Source: Gracilinanus agilis (Eukaryota). Taken from it: DNA of 64,000 nucleotides. The position numbers and the translations under genes were made by a program. This document shows positions 12,242 to 24,529 of the stretch, piece by piece (the first letter of the stretch is position 1; each line of letters opens with the position of its first letter). The stretch lies in NCBI RefSeq assembly GCF_016433145.1, contig NC_058135.1:58641075-58705074 (forward strand), in the 5' to 3' direction. The notes below the pieces were generated by a model. That model was given only the letters and a program-made list of their open reading frames with translations, did not search any database and was not told the origin of the DNA.

Positions 12242-12255
12242 ACAAGCTCATTTTT

Positions 12256-13218
12256 TCAAAGAGCTTGAATAAGTACACCAACCAAACAAGAGAGGCGGTC
12301 AAAAACCTACTCAGGTGGTCAGCCCAGCTGTAAAACTATTAAACACATTACTCTTTTTCCCCCATGATAAGAGCAGTTGTTGACATGTGAACCTTGTTCA
12401 TCGAAATTATGTTCTCTTAAGCAAACAACAAATTTCACTCTTGACGCTATAAATGCCATTCATTTGCAATGATGGGGTGGCAGCCTCATCTGCAAGGGGA
12501 CAGCTGGGCCGGGGACTGTACAGAGGCCTCTGCCTCCCTAAGGTGCTCCATCACTGGGCTGAATACACACATGAAGGCTTTCTTTTTGCTCCAGTCTGTA
12601 CTTTTATGGCCCTTCATCAAAATCATGGACTTCCTGAAAACCGTCTCGATTTATGGCGTGCTGCCTTCCTTTATGCAGACACCATGGTGCTAAATTGCTG
12701 AGGCTGATACCTGGCTTTGTAAGTTTTTTGTTGTCAAGCAGACAAGTGTTTTCACTGGGTAAGACAAGGCTAGCTCTTGGTAATCTGAAGCAGACCATGA
12801 TGGTCCAGCAGAGGTGCTCAAAATGGGAATGAGATTCTAGGAAATGTTAGAACATGGGAGAAGCACCAGGATTCACAGCTCCAGCAAAATGGATATTTGG
12901 TTTCCAATATTTGCTCAAACGCAGATCTTTGCCAAGGGCCTGTCTCTACTCAGTGGCTTAAGGATACAAGATATATTTATCCACTGCATTTGGTAGCCTA
13001 GATCTTTTTCTGAAGTGGTTTAAAGATTTCTGTATTAAATGAATAGAGTTCTCATTGGTGCTGCTGATAGTTTTTACCCACTAGGATATAACCGTTGTAT
13101 TCTATGGCACAAAAGTTTGAGAACCAAGATGGGGAAACTTTTTTGAGAAAAGATCCACCATTTTTGAAGCACATAGTGGGTCTAAAATGGTGCCCTTGTT
13201 TTTTCTTTTGGAAGGGAC
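12256..13218 (-). pseudogene. candidate endogenous bornavirus-like nucleoprotein element (EBLN), decayed
   Basis: Colinear translated motifs VPSKRK, EKDL..NAV, HF..VNP, LIPIL, PRAS.LSYPV, TT..SAI*HH, IKEG..I..F..M, HKSTDW, PIIANE, WGKKSN, LVGV then stop; compared by eye with recalled BDV N; has stops, frameshifts and several deletions. Confidence 0.62.
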
Positions 13219-15349
13219 CTTCTGGCCAACTATCTCTAAGACTCACAAGCCAGAACTGAAGAACTAATGAAACAACAACTGTTCAGCTTTCCATAACAGG
13301 AACCTAAAAAATGAACTTTCCTTCTCCATTCTTCATTGGTCTAGTTTGGAATGCTATTAATTTTCTGTGTACTCTAAGATAGGAAAGATCTTATAACCCA
13401 AGGCTGAAGTTGCTACCAGCAAACAGTCTTCCTTAGTCCACTAATAAATTTCTTTTCCTTCAGACCTCCAATTCTTGGGGTCCACTGAGAGTCGAGATTC
13501 TCCTTAGGTTCTCCAGGAACCCAGACTGGTGAGCCTGCCCAACAGCACAGATCTTAGCAAGACATCACCAGTCCCTCCTGATCATTTCCAATACCTTCCA
13601 CAACCAATGTGCATCGCTTGTTTAGATAACATCAATGGCTGGCGAGAAATCTGACTCTCTTGTTAAGATGAAGAATAATATACACAATGACCTTTCCCAT
13701 CTGGATTCTTGTCCTGGTATTGATGTCTGAGACAATAAACACTTACTAGGTGCCTACTCTCTGCAAGGCACTGGGAAGACAAAGATTAAAAAACAATCAG
13801 AGATTAGAGAACCAAACAAAGAAATCACTGATCCAGTTTTCCTTTTTATGTCCCAAATTTTCCCTTAGCTACTTCTTTTCTCAAAACTGTCTTTAAGATC
13901 TTTATGGACAAGCAGGTTAAAAAGAAGGTAAAGTCCAAACCATGACCTCTAGTCTTTTTATAGAGTTTTCAACATGGAAGAAAAATTGTTTTGCTAATTT
14001 AACCTTAATAAAAAGCTATTTCAAATTGCATGTGCATCTAACTTAAAATAAGGAAAAGGCTGAATTATTTGAAGAAAGTGAGTCTTTGTCCAGATTGTCC
14101 AAATCAAATGTTTGAATGTCTAGACAGGAGGAGAACACATTTTAAATAATACTACACGTATACATTCACAAAATAATAGGATAGACATCAAGTAAATGTA
14201 ATATGTCATTTTTACCGGAGCTTTTATGTTCCTCATCTATGAAAGCTGTGTTTCTGTTTCTATTACAACTGCCATGTTTATACATAATGTCATATATAAA
14301 TAGTGAGTGGGAAATTCAAGAAATTCCTTATGATAACACCAGGAAAAAATGCAACATGACATAGGGGGTCATTAAAAAATACTGTCAGTTTCATTCATAT
14401 CTAAAAATGTAAAGATTACTCTTAACTTAAGTTTTGAACTTCATTATGTTCAAAATTAAAATGCAGACATTCCCATGTTCCTAATGCATTTGTGTGGGGT
14501 TTTTGTGTCAACTTAAATTAGGATTTTTTTCCATTAAAACCTTATGTATTACAGTCATGGTTTGGGACTCCTCGCATCTCTTTCCAGTTCTAATAGCTCT
14601 CCATCTCTGATACCCACACTCTAATTTCACTTTCCCCTAGCATTCTCCTTTTCAAACACAGGCCCACTATCCAACTTATTTTGATCTCATAGTTTCCCCA
14701 CATCTCATCTGCCAGCCAAGTATTTTGACCACTTTCTGATCATTTCCTATATATCTCACTTTCTTTAGGTCAAGAACTTTGCTTAAGGATACTTAAGAGC
14801 TGAAAAAGCTCTGCAAACACTTTGCAAGGTGTTTAGCAATAAAATAATAGACACTAAATCCCATCTCTTAGTTGTATAAGAGATCCCTCCACTCCCCGCT
14901 GATCTGTCCTTATGTCATTGTTAAGGAAAGATCATGCATCAGTCCCAGTCTAAGTATCCCTGATCGGTTTCTCTAGGGGATCAATCCTTAAAAGTTCTTC
15001 AGTGATAGAAGTATCTAGACAGATATTAAGATCACAAGAAGCCTCAGAAAAATGAATTTCCCCATAATGCTTTCAAACCTAAAATAATGCATATATCTCA
15101 GGATTCTGGTATCTATTTGTTTCCAACAAGAAAAAAATTATAAACTAGAATAATTATTGATCACTTGATTTGTACTAGGAGTAAAGAAAGAAGAGACCAG
15201 GTTCAGATGGAATCATTGAGAGAGAAGATATTACATATATTGCAATCTCAGAGGTAACTACTTCCAACCTGAATGCTACACTGATCCATTAGGTTTCAGG
15301 GCTAGAGGTACTCCAGAAGTCCATGTAGTGAAAATTATGGAAGTCGAGA

Positions 15350-15560
15350 ACTGCCACAGTTATATACAAGAGGTAGTTCAAATCCAGCCTTCAACACTTA
15401 AAAGCTATGTGATTCTGGTCAAGTCAGTCAACCTCTACTAGTCTCAGTTTCCTCAAGTGAAAAATGAAGATAATAGAATCTACCTTTCAGGGTTGTTGAG
15501 AGAATCAAATGAAATAATTTAAGGGACTTAGTGCAGTAATTGGTACAGAGAAGATACTTG
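15350..15560 (+). mobile_element. MIR
   Basis: agctatgtgattctggtcaagtcagtcaacctc...gtctcagtttcctcaag...ggttgttgagagaatcaaatga. Confidence 0.75.
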
Positions 15561-15710
15561 ATAAATGTTCATTTCCTTCCTTCCTTCTGTGTTTCTTCTA
15601 GATGTTTCCATAATAATTACCATCCACAAAGAGAACAAAGTCAGCACAGCAGAAAGACAAACAATTTTCCTGTCTTTGAAATTTAAAAAAGTATCTCGTT
15701 TTTGTCTTAC

Positions 15711-15736
15711 CACAATGGAAACTGAAGTAAATGAGA
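15711..15736 (-). other. candidate 26-nt exon, gene unknown
   Basis: Minus strand: ttttgatctttttctgttctctcag|TCTCATTTACTTCAGTTTCCATTGTG|gtaagac. Confidence 0.3.
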
Positions 15737-16199
15737 CTGAGAGAACAGAAAAAGATCAAAATGTTTTCATTTGCTTTTCTAATAGAAGAAATTCATCACA
15801 GAGACCAGATAACCTGGAAAGCAGTTGGGCAGGTTTCCCTAATCTATTTGGAAGATGGAGGGAAAATTAAGTCAAAATTGGGTGGGTAACCTAAGTACTA
15901 CAAAGCACATGTCATTCTACTCTGAAACGCCTTTGAGTTAGAGGCCATTGAGAACAGAGGGACCATAGAGAAGAGAGAGGGAAGGGAAGGAAGGAGAGTA
16001 AGCATTTTTATAACAGCTATTATGTGTTATCACTGTGTTAAGTACTTTATAAATATCATTTCTTTTTATGAGAATCAAAGAATAGACAATTAAGCAGATG
16101 CTAGGACGGCTGAAGGGACAAATAATAGATGACATTTAGGTACCATTTTACACCTAGTATTTCACTTGAAGCACATGACAATACCATTTGGTAGGTAGT

Positions 16200-16290
16200 A
16201 GAAATATTATTATTCTATTTTACAGATGAGAAAACTGAGACTCAGATTCAGTGATTTGCCTGAGGTCACATCTAATAAGAGAGATAAACA
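16200..16290 (-). mobile_element. MIR fragment
   Basis: attttacagatgagaaaactgagactcaga...gtgatttgcctgaggtcaca. Confidence 0.7.
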
Positions 16291-16309
16291 AAAGCCTTGA
16301 GCCCAGCTT

Positions 16310-16790
16310 TTTTTTTTTAAATAAACTTTTACTGACATCTTTTCATCACTAGATTTTCTTACAGCCTCCCTTCTTTTGTTTCTCTCAGGGAGTGATTTCA
16401 CATAAAAAATATTTTAAAGGAGAAAAAATAGACAATCAGCAAAAAACAATTAATACAATGAAAAAGTCTAAGAATAAATGCAATGAAACATACCCATAGA
16501 CATCCCTTCTCAACAAAGGAATAGGATGTGGGGGTTTCCTCATATTTCTTCTTTGGGGCCAAGCTTGTTCTTTGAAATTTTGCAATATTCACTTTTGATT
16601 GTTTTGGTTTTCTGCTTTCCATTTGCATTGTTAGAGTCATTCTGAATATTGTTTTCTAACCTCTGCATCAGTTTGAACTGCATCAGTTCAAATAAATCTT
16701 CCCATGTCTTTCTGTCTTCTCCATATTTATCTTTCCTTATAGCAAAGCCCATTGATCTGTGATCCACAATTTACTTAACCAGTCCTCTTT
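16310..16790 (-). mobile_element. marsupial L1 3' fragment
   Basis: ctctgcatcagtt...catcagttcaaataaatcttcccatg...ccacaatttacttaacca. Confidence 0.7.
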
Positions 16791-18076
16791 TCAATGAAAC
16801 CCAGGCCTTGTAGGTCCAAACCCAGGGATCTTTCAATTACACTCAAACTGATGATTTAAATTAGGATAATTTAACCCTTCCTAATGTATAGGCTAGGGCT
16901 CAGACAGACAAATTGGCTGATTTATAACAAAAGATGTCTGGGGACCTGGATAAAGAACCTATTTTTTTGTCTCTTTGGAAGAGGCATACCTAAGACAGAG
17001 AGGTCTTGGATCAAGAAATTATGATATTGGAGGTGGGAAGATTCCCTAAAACAGTCACCTTTTTAAATTACTAAAATATTTAGAGCAATTTTTTTTAAAT
17101 TTGGTTTTCTATGCCTACTCATGTTTGGCTCATGGGAATCCAACTTTCCTGATTTTTCAACGTACCCTTCAATTTTCTTTCTCCAGAAACAAATCTGGGT
17201 GTCCCTTGAACTCATTTATACTCTTCTCCAATTGCCTTCCCTAGTAATTTATTCCATATGTTTATTATCCTTTTCATAAAATGTTCCTTTGCCCTGTGTG
17301 GAAAAAAGACAAAGGCCTCTCTTCAAGCTGACATCTGGCTGTCTCTTCCACAAAACTTAAGATTCCCAATGCTTCTCTTGGGCATTCACATACACTAAGC
17401 TGCTTGAGCTACTGCTGAAATGTCCTTCTTACGTCCCCAGTGAGAAATCCACAACCAGGAGTTCAGAGCACCTCACTCCATAAATAAGTGACCCATTAAA
17501 ACATTATCCAGACTGTCACTTCAGAAAAAGAAACTTTTAACAACTAACATGGAATATACCCTGTCTGTGCTTTTAAAATATTTTGCTTCCTTTTGCAATT
17601 AAATACTTCAGAAGGAGCTTTTTACTTCAGAAATGATTTTGGTGGTAGAGAAAACTCCCTCTATCAATTCAGGTCAGAACCTTATCTGTGACTTAAAGAG
17701 TTAGAGCACTGCGAGTTTAAATCATTGGCTCGGGGTCAAAAGCCAGGATGTATCGGGATGGGATTTGAACCGAGGTTCTCTTAACTTTGAAGCCAGCTCT
17801 TTATTCTATTCACCAACTCCTGGAAGTGAGTCATACAGAATTCTGCCAAAGTTCACATGTGAATAGGTGCATTTGTTGGTATAACAATACATCCTTTAAT
17901 GAAGCCTTTCTCCTGAGTCTCTTGTGGTATAGAGATAATGCTGGACTCCTAAGACCAGGTCTGGAAAATCTTTGTTTGAAAATGGTGCTAGCAAAGGACT
18001 GAAGCCTAAGGTCCAGCTTTAGTAAATTGGAAGAGATTTATTCTACCAGAAGAACTGGTTGGCCACCAGTTTAGGG

Positions 18077-18078
<2 letters not shown>

Positions 18079-18117
<39 letters not shown>
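18079..18117. repeat. (TG)n microsatellite
   Basis: Direct reading. Confidence 0.95.
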
Positions 18118-18121
<4 letters not shown>

Positions 18122-20103
18122 TACACAGAGCATGAAGGTAGGGAATGGAGGGATGAGACATGAAAGCAGAAGTTGAGAATAAAAACTTGTCTGTATACAA
18201 ATCTTACTGTCTGATCTTTTTATTCTCTGAGTCAAATGTGGTTATTTTTCCCCATAAAAAATTACCTTCAAAGAATTCCCAATTGGAAGTCAGACATCTT
18301 AATTCCTTGGACAGTGCAATCACTATTTCTTTCTGTTTTCTCTTTATCTTGAACACCTGACATGCACGTAAGGTTTTTCTTTCCCTACTGGCCTTCTTTC
18401 TTAGTTGTGAGCTTAGAAATAATGCCATTTAATCTATTGGCACTAGTAGATTCTTAAGTGCTCTTACAAAAAAAATTTCATGAAACGGGTTTTCTCTTTT
18501 CTAGTGGTAAAGATACATCAAAGTGACTCCTTTTAAAAAAAACAACAAGGAAACACAGTTCCCTCATTTATCTACTAAGGTCACTGAGACAAGAACTCAT
18601 GAACTAAGAACTCCAAATTGTGACAGTTTCATGACATATAACAGAAAGTGGGGAAAAAGAGGCCTTTGAAAAGGTGAACCAAAACAATCCCATATGCTCA
18701 AATCTGACCCCATTTTAAGAGATCAGAAAGACATTAGAAAGATCTCTACAACTTGTGCTCAAAGATGGGAAAGAAATCAGAACAGTAAAACATTAAAGAC
18801 ACCCCCCCAACAAAAATCGTCTTCAACAAATTTTAACATATAAAGCATTGGTTTTTTCCCATTTGAAATGTTATCATTTCTATCCCTAATAGCATGCATC
18901 AATTCTTTTTTCTATTATTGGCCATGGTCAGTTTCCAGGAGATGTAAAGTTGTCTGTCAAACTTTTTCTGATGCTACGAGAATCCTCATTACCAAAATAG
19001 AGTGGTTTGGAGAATTCCCAGCAAGTAACACAGCCAGGCATGATTCTCTATGGATTCTAATAGAGTCTATTGATTCTAATACGGCATGCTCACATGCTTC
19101 CCACAATTCCATTTTCAGGATGAATGAAGCCCAGGATCTGAGTGGGATGAGGATACAGACAAAAAAGGAAGAACAAAACTGATTTCCTTAAAAAATTATG
19201 TGAAATTCTGATTTAGTTAGTATGATTTTAATTCCTTTTCTCTCTTCAAAAAAAAAGTCTCCTCAGTGGATAATCAGCCCTGGAGTCAAGGAGGACTTGA
19301 CTGATTTGAACAGGGCAGTATGTAGCACTTGTGAACCTCCTATCTGAGTTGACTTTCCATCTCAAGGCTTGGCTCTCTATCCACTAAGCCACCTAGCTGC
19401 CCCTCTATCTATCCAATTTTACAACTCCCCCACAAGAATTCTCTACTCTCATCAAAATAGTCTGTTCACTAACCTATAATGCCCCTGTTCTGTGCATCCC
19501 TAGCTATCTTTCCTGGGAAATAATGTCTTAAAATAGCCTAGAAGTTCACAAAGAATTTGGAAACACTGGAGCATGAAGCTTCAGGAAGGATATCAGCTCA
19601 AAAGATAAATATATGATGGTCTTGTTTAGCAGGGCTACTTGTCACTGTTCTTCATCACAAAAGGAAGATGACTATTTTCATTGGCTCAGAATTTTCCAAC
19701 AATTTCCAAATGATAAATCAGAGCGTGGGGGTTGGAGGTGGGTATGACTAAAGCTGTGTCATCCCGTGTTTTCTTAGCAATATATAGCATGAACCACATT
19801 TCAACAGGGGAATTAAATGCTTTCACCTCAATGAAGCAAGAATTTGAACTATATCAATAACCTTACACAAACCAATGAACCTCTTAGGGTTTCTGTTCCT
19901 CACCTTGAAAACAAAAGGGTTAGTATTGGTAACTCTTTGGGCCTCAGTTTCCTTATCTGTAAAATTAAGGGAATTTGAACAGATGATCACTAAGGTACCT
20001 TTCAGCTCCAAAGCTCTGTCATTCTGACCACATAACTTATTATATACTCAGATCATTATATACTTAAGTTTGGTGAGCTCTCTGACCCAGGAAAGATCTA
20101 TAT

Positions 20104-20297
20104 CAGTGGTTCCCAAACTTTTTTGGCCTACCACCCCCTTTCCAGAAAAAATATTACTTAGCGCCCCCTGGAAATTATGAAACTATTTATTGAACTCAGA
20201 ATAGAATGTAATACAAAAAAAGTGTGGCCATCGCAGCGTTCCCTGGATCACTGCAGCACCCACCAGGGGGTGGTAGTGCCCACTTTGGGAATCACTG
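20104..20297. mobile_element. hAT (Charlie-type) MITE, 194 bp
   Basis: TIRs cagtggttcccaaa / tttgggaatcactg; perfect 8-bp TSD atctatat at 20096-20103 and 20298-20305. Confidence 0.93.
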
Positions 20298-20305
20298 ATC
20301 TATAT

Positions 20306-20665
20306 GAACCAATGCAGATGAAAGGAAACAAAACCAAGAAAACAATATGCACATGAATTATAACAATGGAAAGAGAAAGAGTAATGATTCCAAAAACTAA
20401 AAAGTAAATGCAACACAATTATAAAGATCAACCAATACTCAAATGAAGACTCATGAGAAGATACTCCCAATTGATCCCTTCATTGAGGTTAGGAGGTGCA
20501 TAAGTGCTACACATTACACATTTCCTCAGTTTTTAAATGTTGTGTTGACTTTTCTTTCCTTTTAAAAATAACATCTGTTATATGGGATGGCTCTTGGGAA
20601 AGGAAGTGAGTTACATGATTTACTATAGTGATATAAAATATCAATAAAAATTACTTAAGGAAAAA
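20306..20665 (+). mobile_element. marsupial L1 3' fragment
   Basis: tatgaaccaatgcagatgaaag...ccaagaaaacaatatgcaca...gggatggctct. Confidence 0.6.
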
Positions 20666-21116
20666 AAGAAAATTTCTACATATAAGACTAGTTCAAATGC
20701 TTCATCCAAAGGTCAAAAAAAGAATGAAGGGGATTGATCTCTGAACTTTTTCTGCAAATTTGTTTTTTAAAGAAGCAACAATACAGTTATCATTTCTTTG
20801 ATTCTAAAACAGCTGGTATTGTGCCAAGTTGAACTCAAACCTGAGAGTTCATTGTTAAATTTTCAGGATGAACATTTACAACTTGGAAATTGAAAACACT
20901 AAAAATCAAGGGTTGATGTATTGTTTTAGTCATTGTCAAGATTTAAGAAAATGATTGGGAAGTGTTAATAATAAAGATTAAACTTAAAAATATGTCAGAC
21001 ATGCTTTTTCATTTTCTTCAGAGAGCCTATTGCTAAACATTTACCAGCATAGTACTGGAAACAACCTTTGTGAAGAAGCAACTGTCTCAATTTTCAAGAA
21101 ATAGAATACGCTAGAC

Positions 21117-21332
21117 CTATGTTGGTGAACCTATGGCAAGCAGAGTGCCAGAGGGGGCTGCTCCCTTCCCCCTCTCCACTGCACCTAAGGACATTTCTAC
21201 TTCACCTGCCCCTCTGGCAAGCAGCCCAATGTGAGTCTTTCCTCCCTCCCCTGTCTGGGGTAAAGGGGTGGCTCTCAAGTGGCGTGAAGGTACAATTCGG
21301 GCACTCAGTCTCTAAAAGGTTTGCCATCATTG
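21117..21332. mobile_element. hAT MITE, 216 bp
   Basis: TIRs ctatgttggtgaacct / aggtttgccatcattg; TSD cgctagac / ccctagac (7/8); sister copy at 55610. Confidence 0.88.
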
Positions 21333-22532
21333 CCCTAGACTTTCACTGAATCATTACTGCCAGAAAGAACCTTACAGATCATCTAATCAGACTCATTCAT
21401 TTTAGAGATGAGGAAACAAAGAGGAGAAATTACTTGCCCAAGATCACATGACTCTAATATCTTTTTAACTCATTTGTTCCTTCTTCCATCTTCAATTATG
21501 ACTAGATTCATCTTTAAAAGTTTAAAGGTTACTTTGCTGAAGAAAGGCATAATCACCAGGTCTGTGAATACTTATTCTACCACTCTGCCCCATTTATCTA
21601 CCATTTTAAATTATTTTCTTTTCTGTTTCTCATGGGAGAAGAACACTAAAATCACTGTTATGTAATAAAAGGAAGACCCCCACAAAAAAGGATTCCATCT
21701 TAAATTGAAGAAGCTCAGAAGTTTGCTAGAGATTCAGAAAAAGAGAAAAGAAAATTAATCTGCCAGTCTTTCACCATGCCATTTTATCAATGACAAAGTG
21801 ATCAGAGATGTCATGATCTGCTCCCATAAAATATGCTGTTGTTTCTAAAGTTATACTGACATAAATCATCTACATAGGTCCAAACAGAAAGTGATGGCTT
21901 TTGAATAAAGGAAAGACCACCAGTTAACTGAAGCATACAAGTGGCCTGTGAAAACAAAGACATACTTGAAAATGGACAAAAGCCGTTTGCTAATTTTTTC
22001 CAAACAACAACAAACCATTGAGCAGATGGGAAGACCATAACATTTGCAATTTATAACATTTTTATAAACTCTATTCATCTATAAATTTTGTGTTGTTAAC
22101 TCAACTCAGTCTTCTTTTCAAATAAGTCTAAAATGGAAAAGGATTGAGTTCAGCCTCTTTCATACTTTCAAAACATGTTTACATATTGGGTCAAATTTTC
22201 ATAATGTTTATATCTTCAATGAGAACAATTTTTTTTTTTAAATTTAGAATGTTTTGTAGGAAACTAGGATTTTTTTTTCTTGGTCTGTTTCAGGTAAAAA
22301 AAAAAAAGTGCCCACACTGGTCTGAGATTAAAGAGATCAAATACTGTACTGATTTCTGGTTAAATATAAATTAGCAACTCATACTCTCATACATGTATAA
22401 GATCCAGTATCAGTGGTGGCACTTTTTAAATAATAATAATAACAGCAATAATAATATAATGCCTTGCATTTGAATAGTACTTTATCAGGTTTATTCTGTT
22501 TTGTTTTGTTTTGGGGAGGGGGAAGTTGTTTG

Positions 22533-22940
22533 TTTTTTAGATTGGATTCCACATCTCACCCAGGCTGGAGGTGCTATAGCTACTCAAGGGAACTATTCCA
22601 TACTGATTATATTTTAAATTTTTTATTGGTTAATTAAGAAAATTTTTCCATGGTTCCATGATTCATGTTCTTTCCCTCCTCTCTGTCTAACCCCCTCCTG
22701 TAGCCAACGAGCAATTCCACTAGGTTTTACATGCGTCATTGATCAAGACCTATTTCCATATCCATACTGATGTGCTGAATCTCACCTAGACAACTCCCCC
22801 CACCATACACCAGGCTCCCTGGTACATACATACACTCTGTGGGGCTCATCACACTGGTGCCAGACGTAGCTCAGACCTTAATTCTCCAGCCTCAACCTCC
22901 CCTGGAGCAGGGATCATGGGCATGGGCTCCACTCCTGCCC
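22533..22940 (-). mobile_element. 7SL-derived retroposon or pseudogene (P7SL-like), split by L1
   Basis: cccaggctggag..gctactca and ctccagcctcaacctccc..gggatcatgggcatg match antisense 7SL ends; catcacactggtgccagacgtag matches part of the S domain. Confidence 0.75.
22608..22760 (-). mobile_element. 5'-truncated L1 3' end
   Basis: gcaattccactaggttttacatgcgtcattgatcaagacctatttccata; TSD tccatactgat at 22597-22607 and 22761-22771. Confidence 0.85.
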
Positions 22941-23289
22941 TTTGTAGTGTTGAAATTACTTATAAACATTTACACATATATCTGTATATATAAAATTTCA
23001 GGGACTTTCCCCAGAATCCTTGTGATGGGGTCAGGGCAGGTAGGGTCATTCCTCAGATAAAGAATCTGAGGCAAAGAAAAGTCACACGACTGAGACTTGT
23101 TCTGACATTGACTGATAACCAAATACTTCAAGTCTCTGAGCCCCAGGGTCCTCACTTACAAAATGGGCATGAGAGAATTTCACTTATCTAATTCATGGAA
23201 TCATTATATTATTAGTAGTAGTAATAATAATAATAATGACAATGATAAGAAGAATTTACATTTATAGTGTTTTAAGATCTGCAAAACAT

Positions 23290-23820
23290 TATATATTTGT
23301 AAAATCTCATTTTATCGTATATATATATGGATATGTGTTATTTCATATGTTTTAACTTAAAATTTGTAAAAATTTAATTCTGAACTTGAATTTCAGTTAT
23401 GTGTGTGAGTGTGTGTGTGTGTGTGCTGTGTATATAATTGAAGCTCAGGTTTTTCTTTGTGTGTGGAGATATATATGTGTGTGTGTATATTATATCACCA
23501 GATACATAGATTATATAACTTGATTTGTATATTATATATACATATATAAGCTTGTATATATGTGTGTATAACTGAAATTCAGATTTTATTCCTATGTGTG
23601 TATATATATAATATATATAATATGTGTAATAATACAAATATAAAATACAAATAATACAAATATAACATATGTAATAATACAGATATAATAATCATACTAT
23701 TATATTGGTTGTGTATTATATATCCATACTAAGCATGTGTGTATATAGTGTGTTTATATACATATGAATACATGTATATACATACATGTTCATATACACC
23801 TGAATATCATGCATGTGAAT
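23290..23820. repeat. (TA)/(TG)-rich low-complexity tract with embedded unique blocks
   Basis: Direct reading; blocks shared with 24815-25080. Confidence 0.8.
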
Positions 23821-24529
23821 CCTGAAACTCAGCTTACATGACTTGCTCAAGACCACAAAAAACTCCAAGATACCATTCAAACCCAGAAACAAGTACTTGC
23901 TGCCTTTTTCCCCCTTTATCCTTTCAACACAGAACTTTTGCCACTTGCTTCTATTGACGAAATGTCGTCTTTCCCTTCTAGGGGAGAGGGGAAACAAGCA
24001 TGTATTCCACACCTACTATGTACCAGGCACCATGCTAAGCACTTTGCAAATATTATTTGGTAATGAGTGGTCCTTTTCCCTTGGACTTTGCTGCTATATC
24101 ACTCATAAATGGTCTCATTTCCTTCCTCCAGTCTTCCCGAGTTCCCCAGCGATTCAACAGGAAACCTAAAGACGTGTTGCTAACTTCAAGTCATATCTCC
24201 CATGTGGCCTTAATCAAAAGAGAGTAGAATTCATCGGAGCAGAGATCTGTCCTGTGTAAGCCCTCCCCACTTAACATGAAAGTCCTGCCTCTTTTCTTCC
24301 CTGGTATATCCCTGCAAAGGCGACCGACCCCCTTCAAACAGAAAGAAAAACTCCAGAAAAAAATATTCTCCATTAGCTTCAGTAGGTTATAGGAAACCCC
24401 TAGTCAAACCTCTTGACCAAAGACAGGACTCTCCAAATCTTCTGGCTGCTTTCTCCAATTTCTATTTGTTATATTTCTCTATGAGTCTGAAAAAAAAAAA
24501 GTCTCTCTTGCTTATTTTCATCGTGAAGA

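Noticed and set aside
12453-12701. Plus-strand ORF with GLYRGL, suggesting a mitochondrial carrier pseudogene
   Set aside because: No PxDxxK motifs or correct spacing; the minus-strand bornavirus N reading explains the block better
13400-13740. Unique GC-richer block upstream of the EBLN, with FLENLRRIS faintly like bornavirus X
   Set aside because: A single weak motif on the wrong side of N for any bornavirus gene order
21850-21946. Minus-strand acceptor ctttgttttcacag followed by open frames
   Set aside because: No convincing donor and no recognisable peptide
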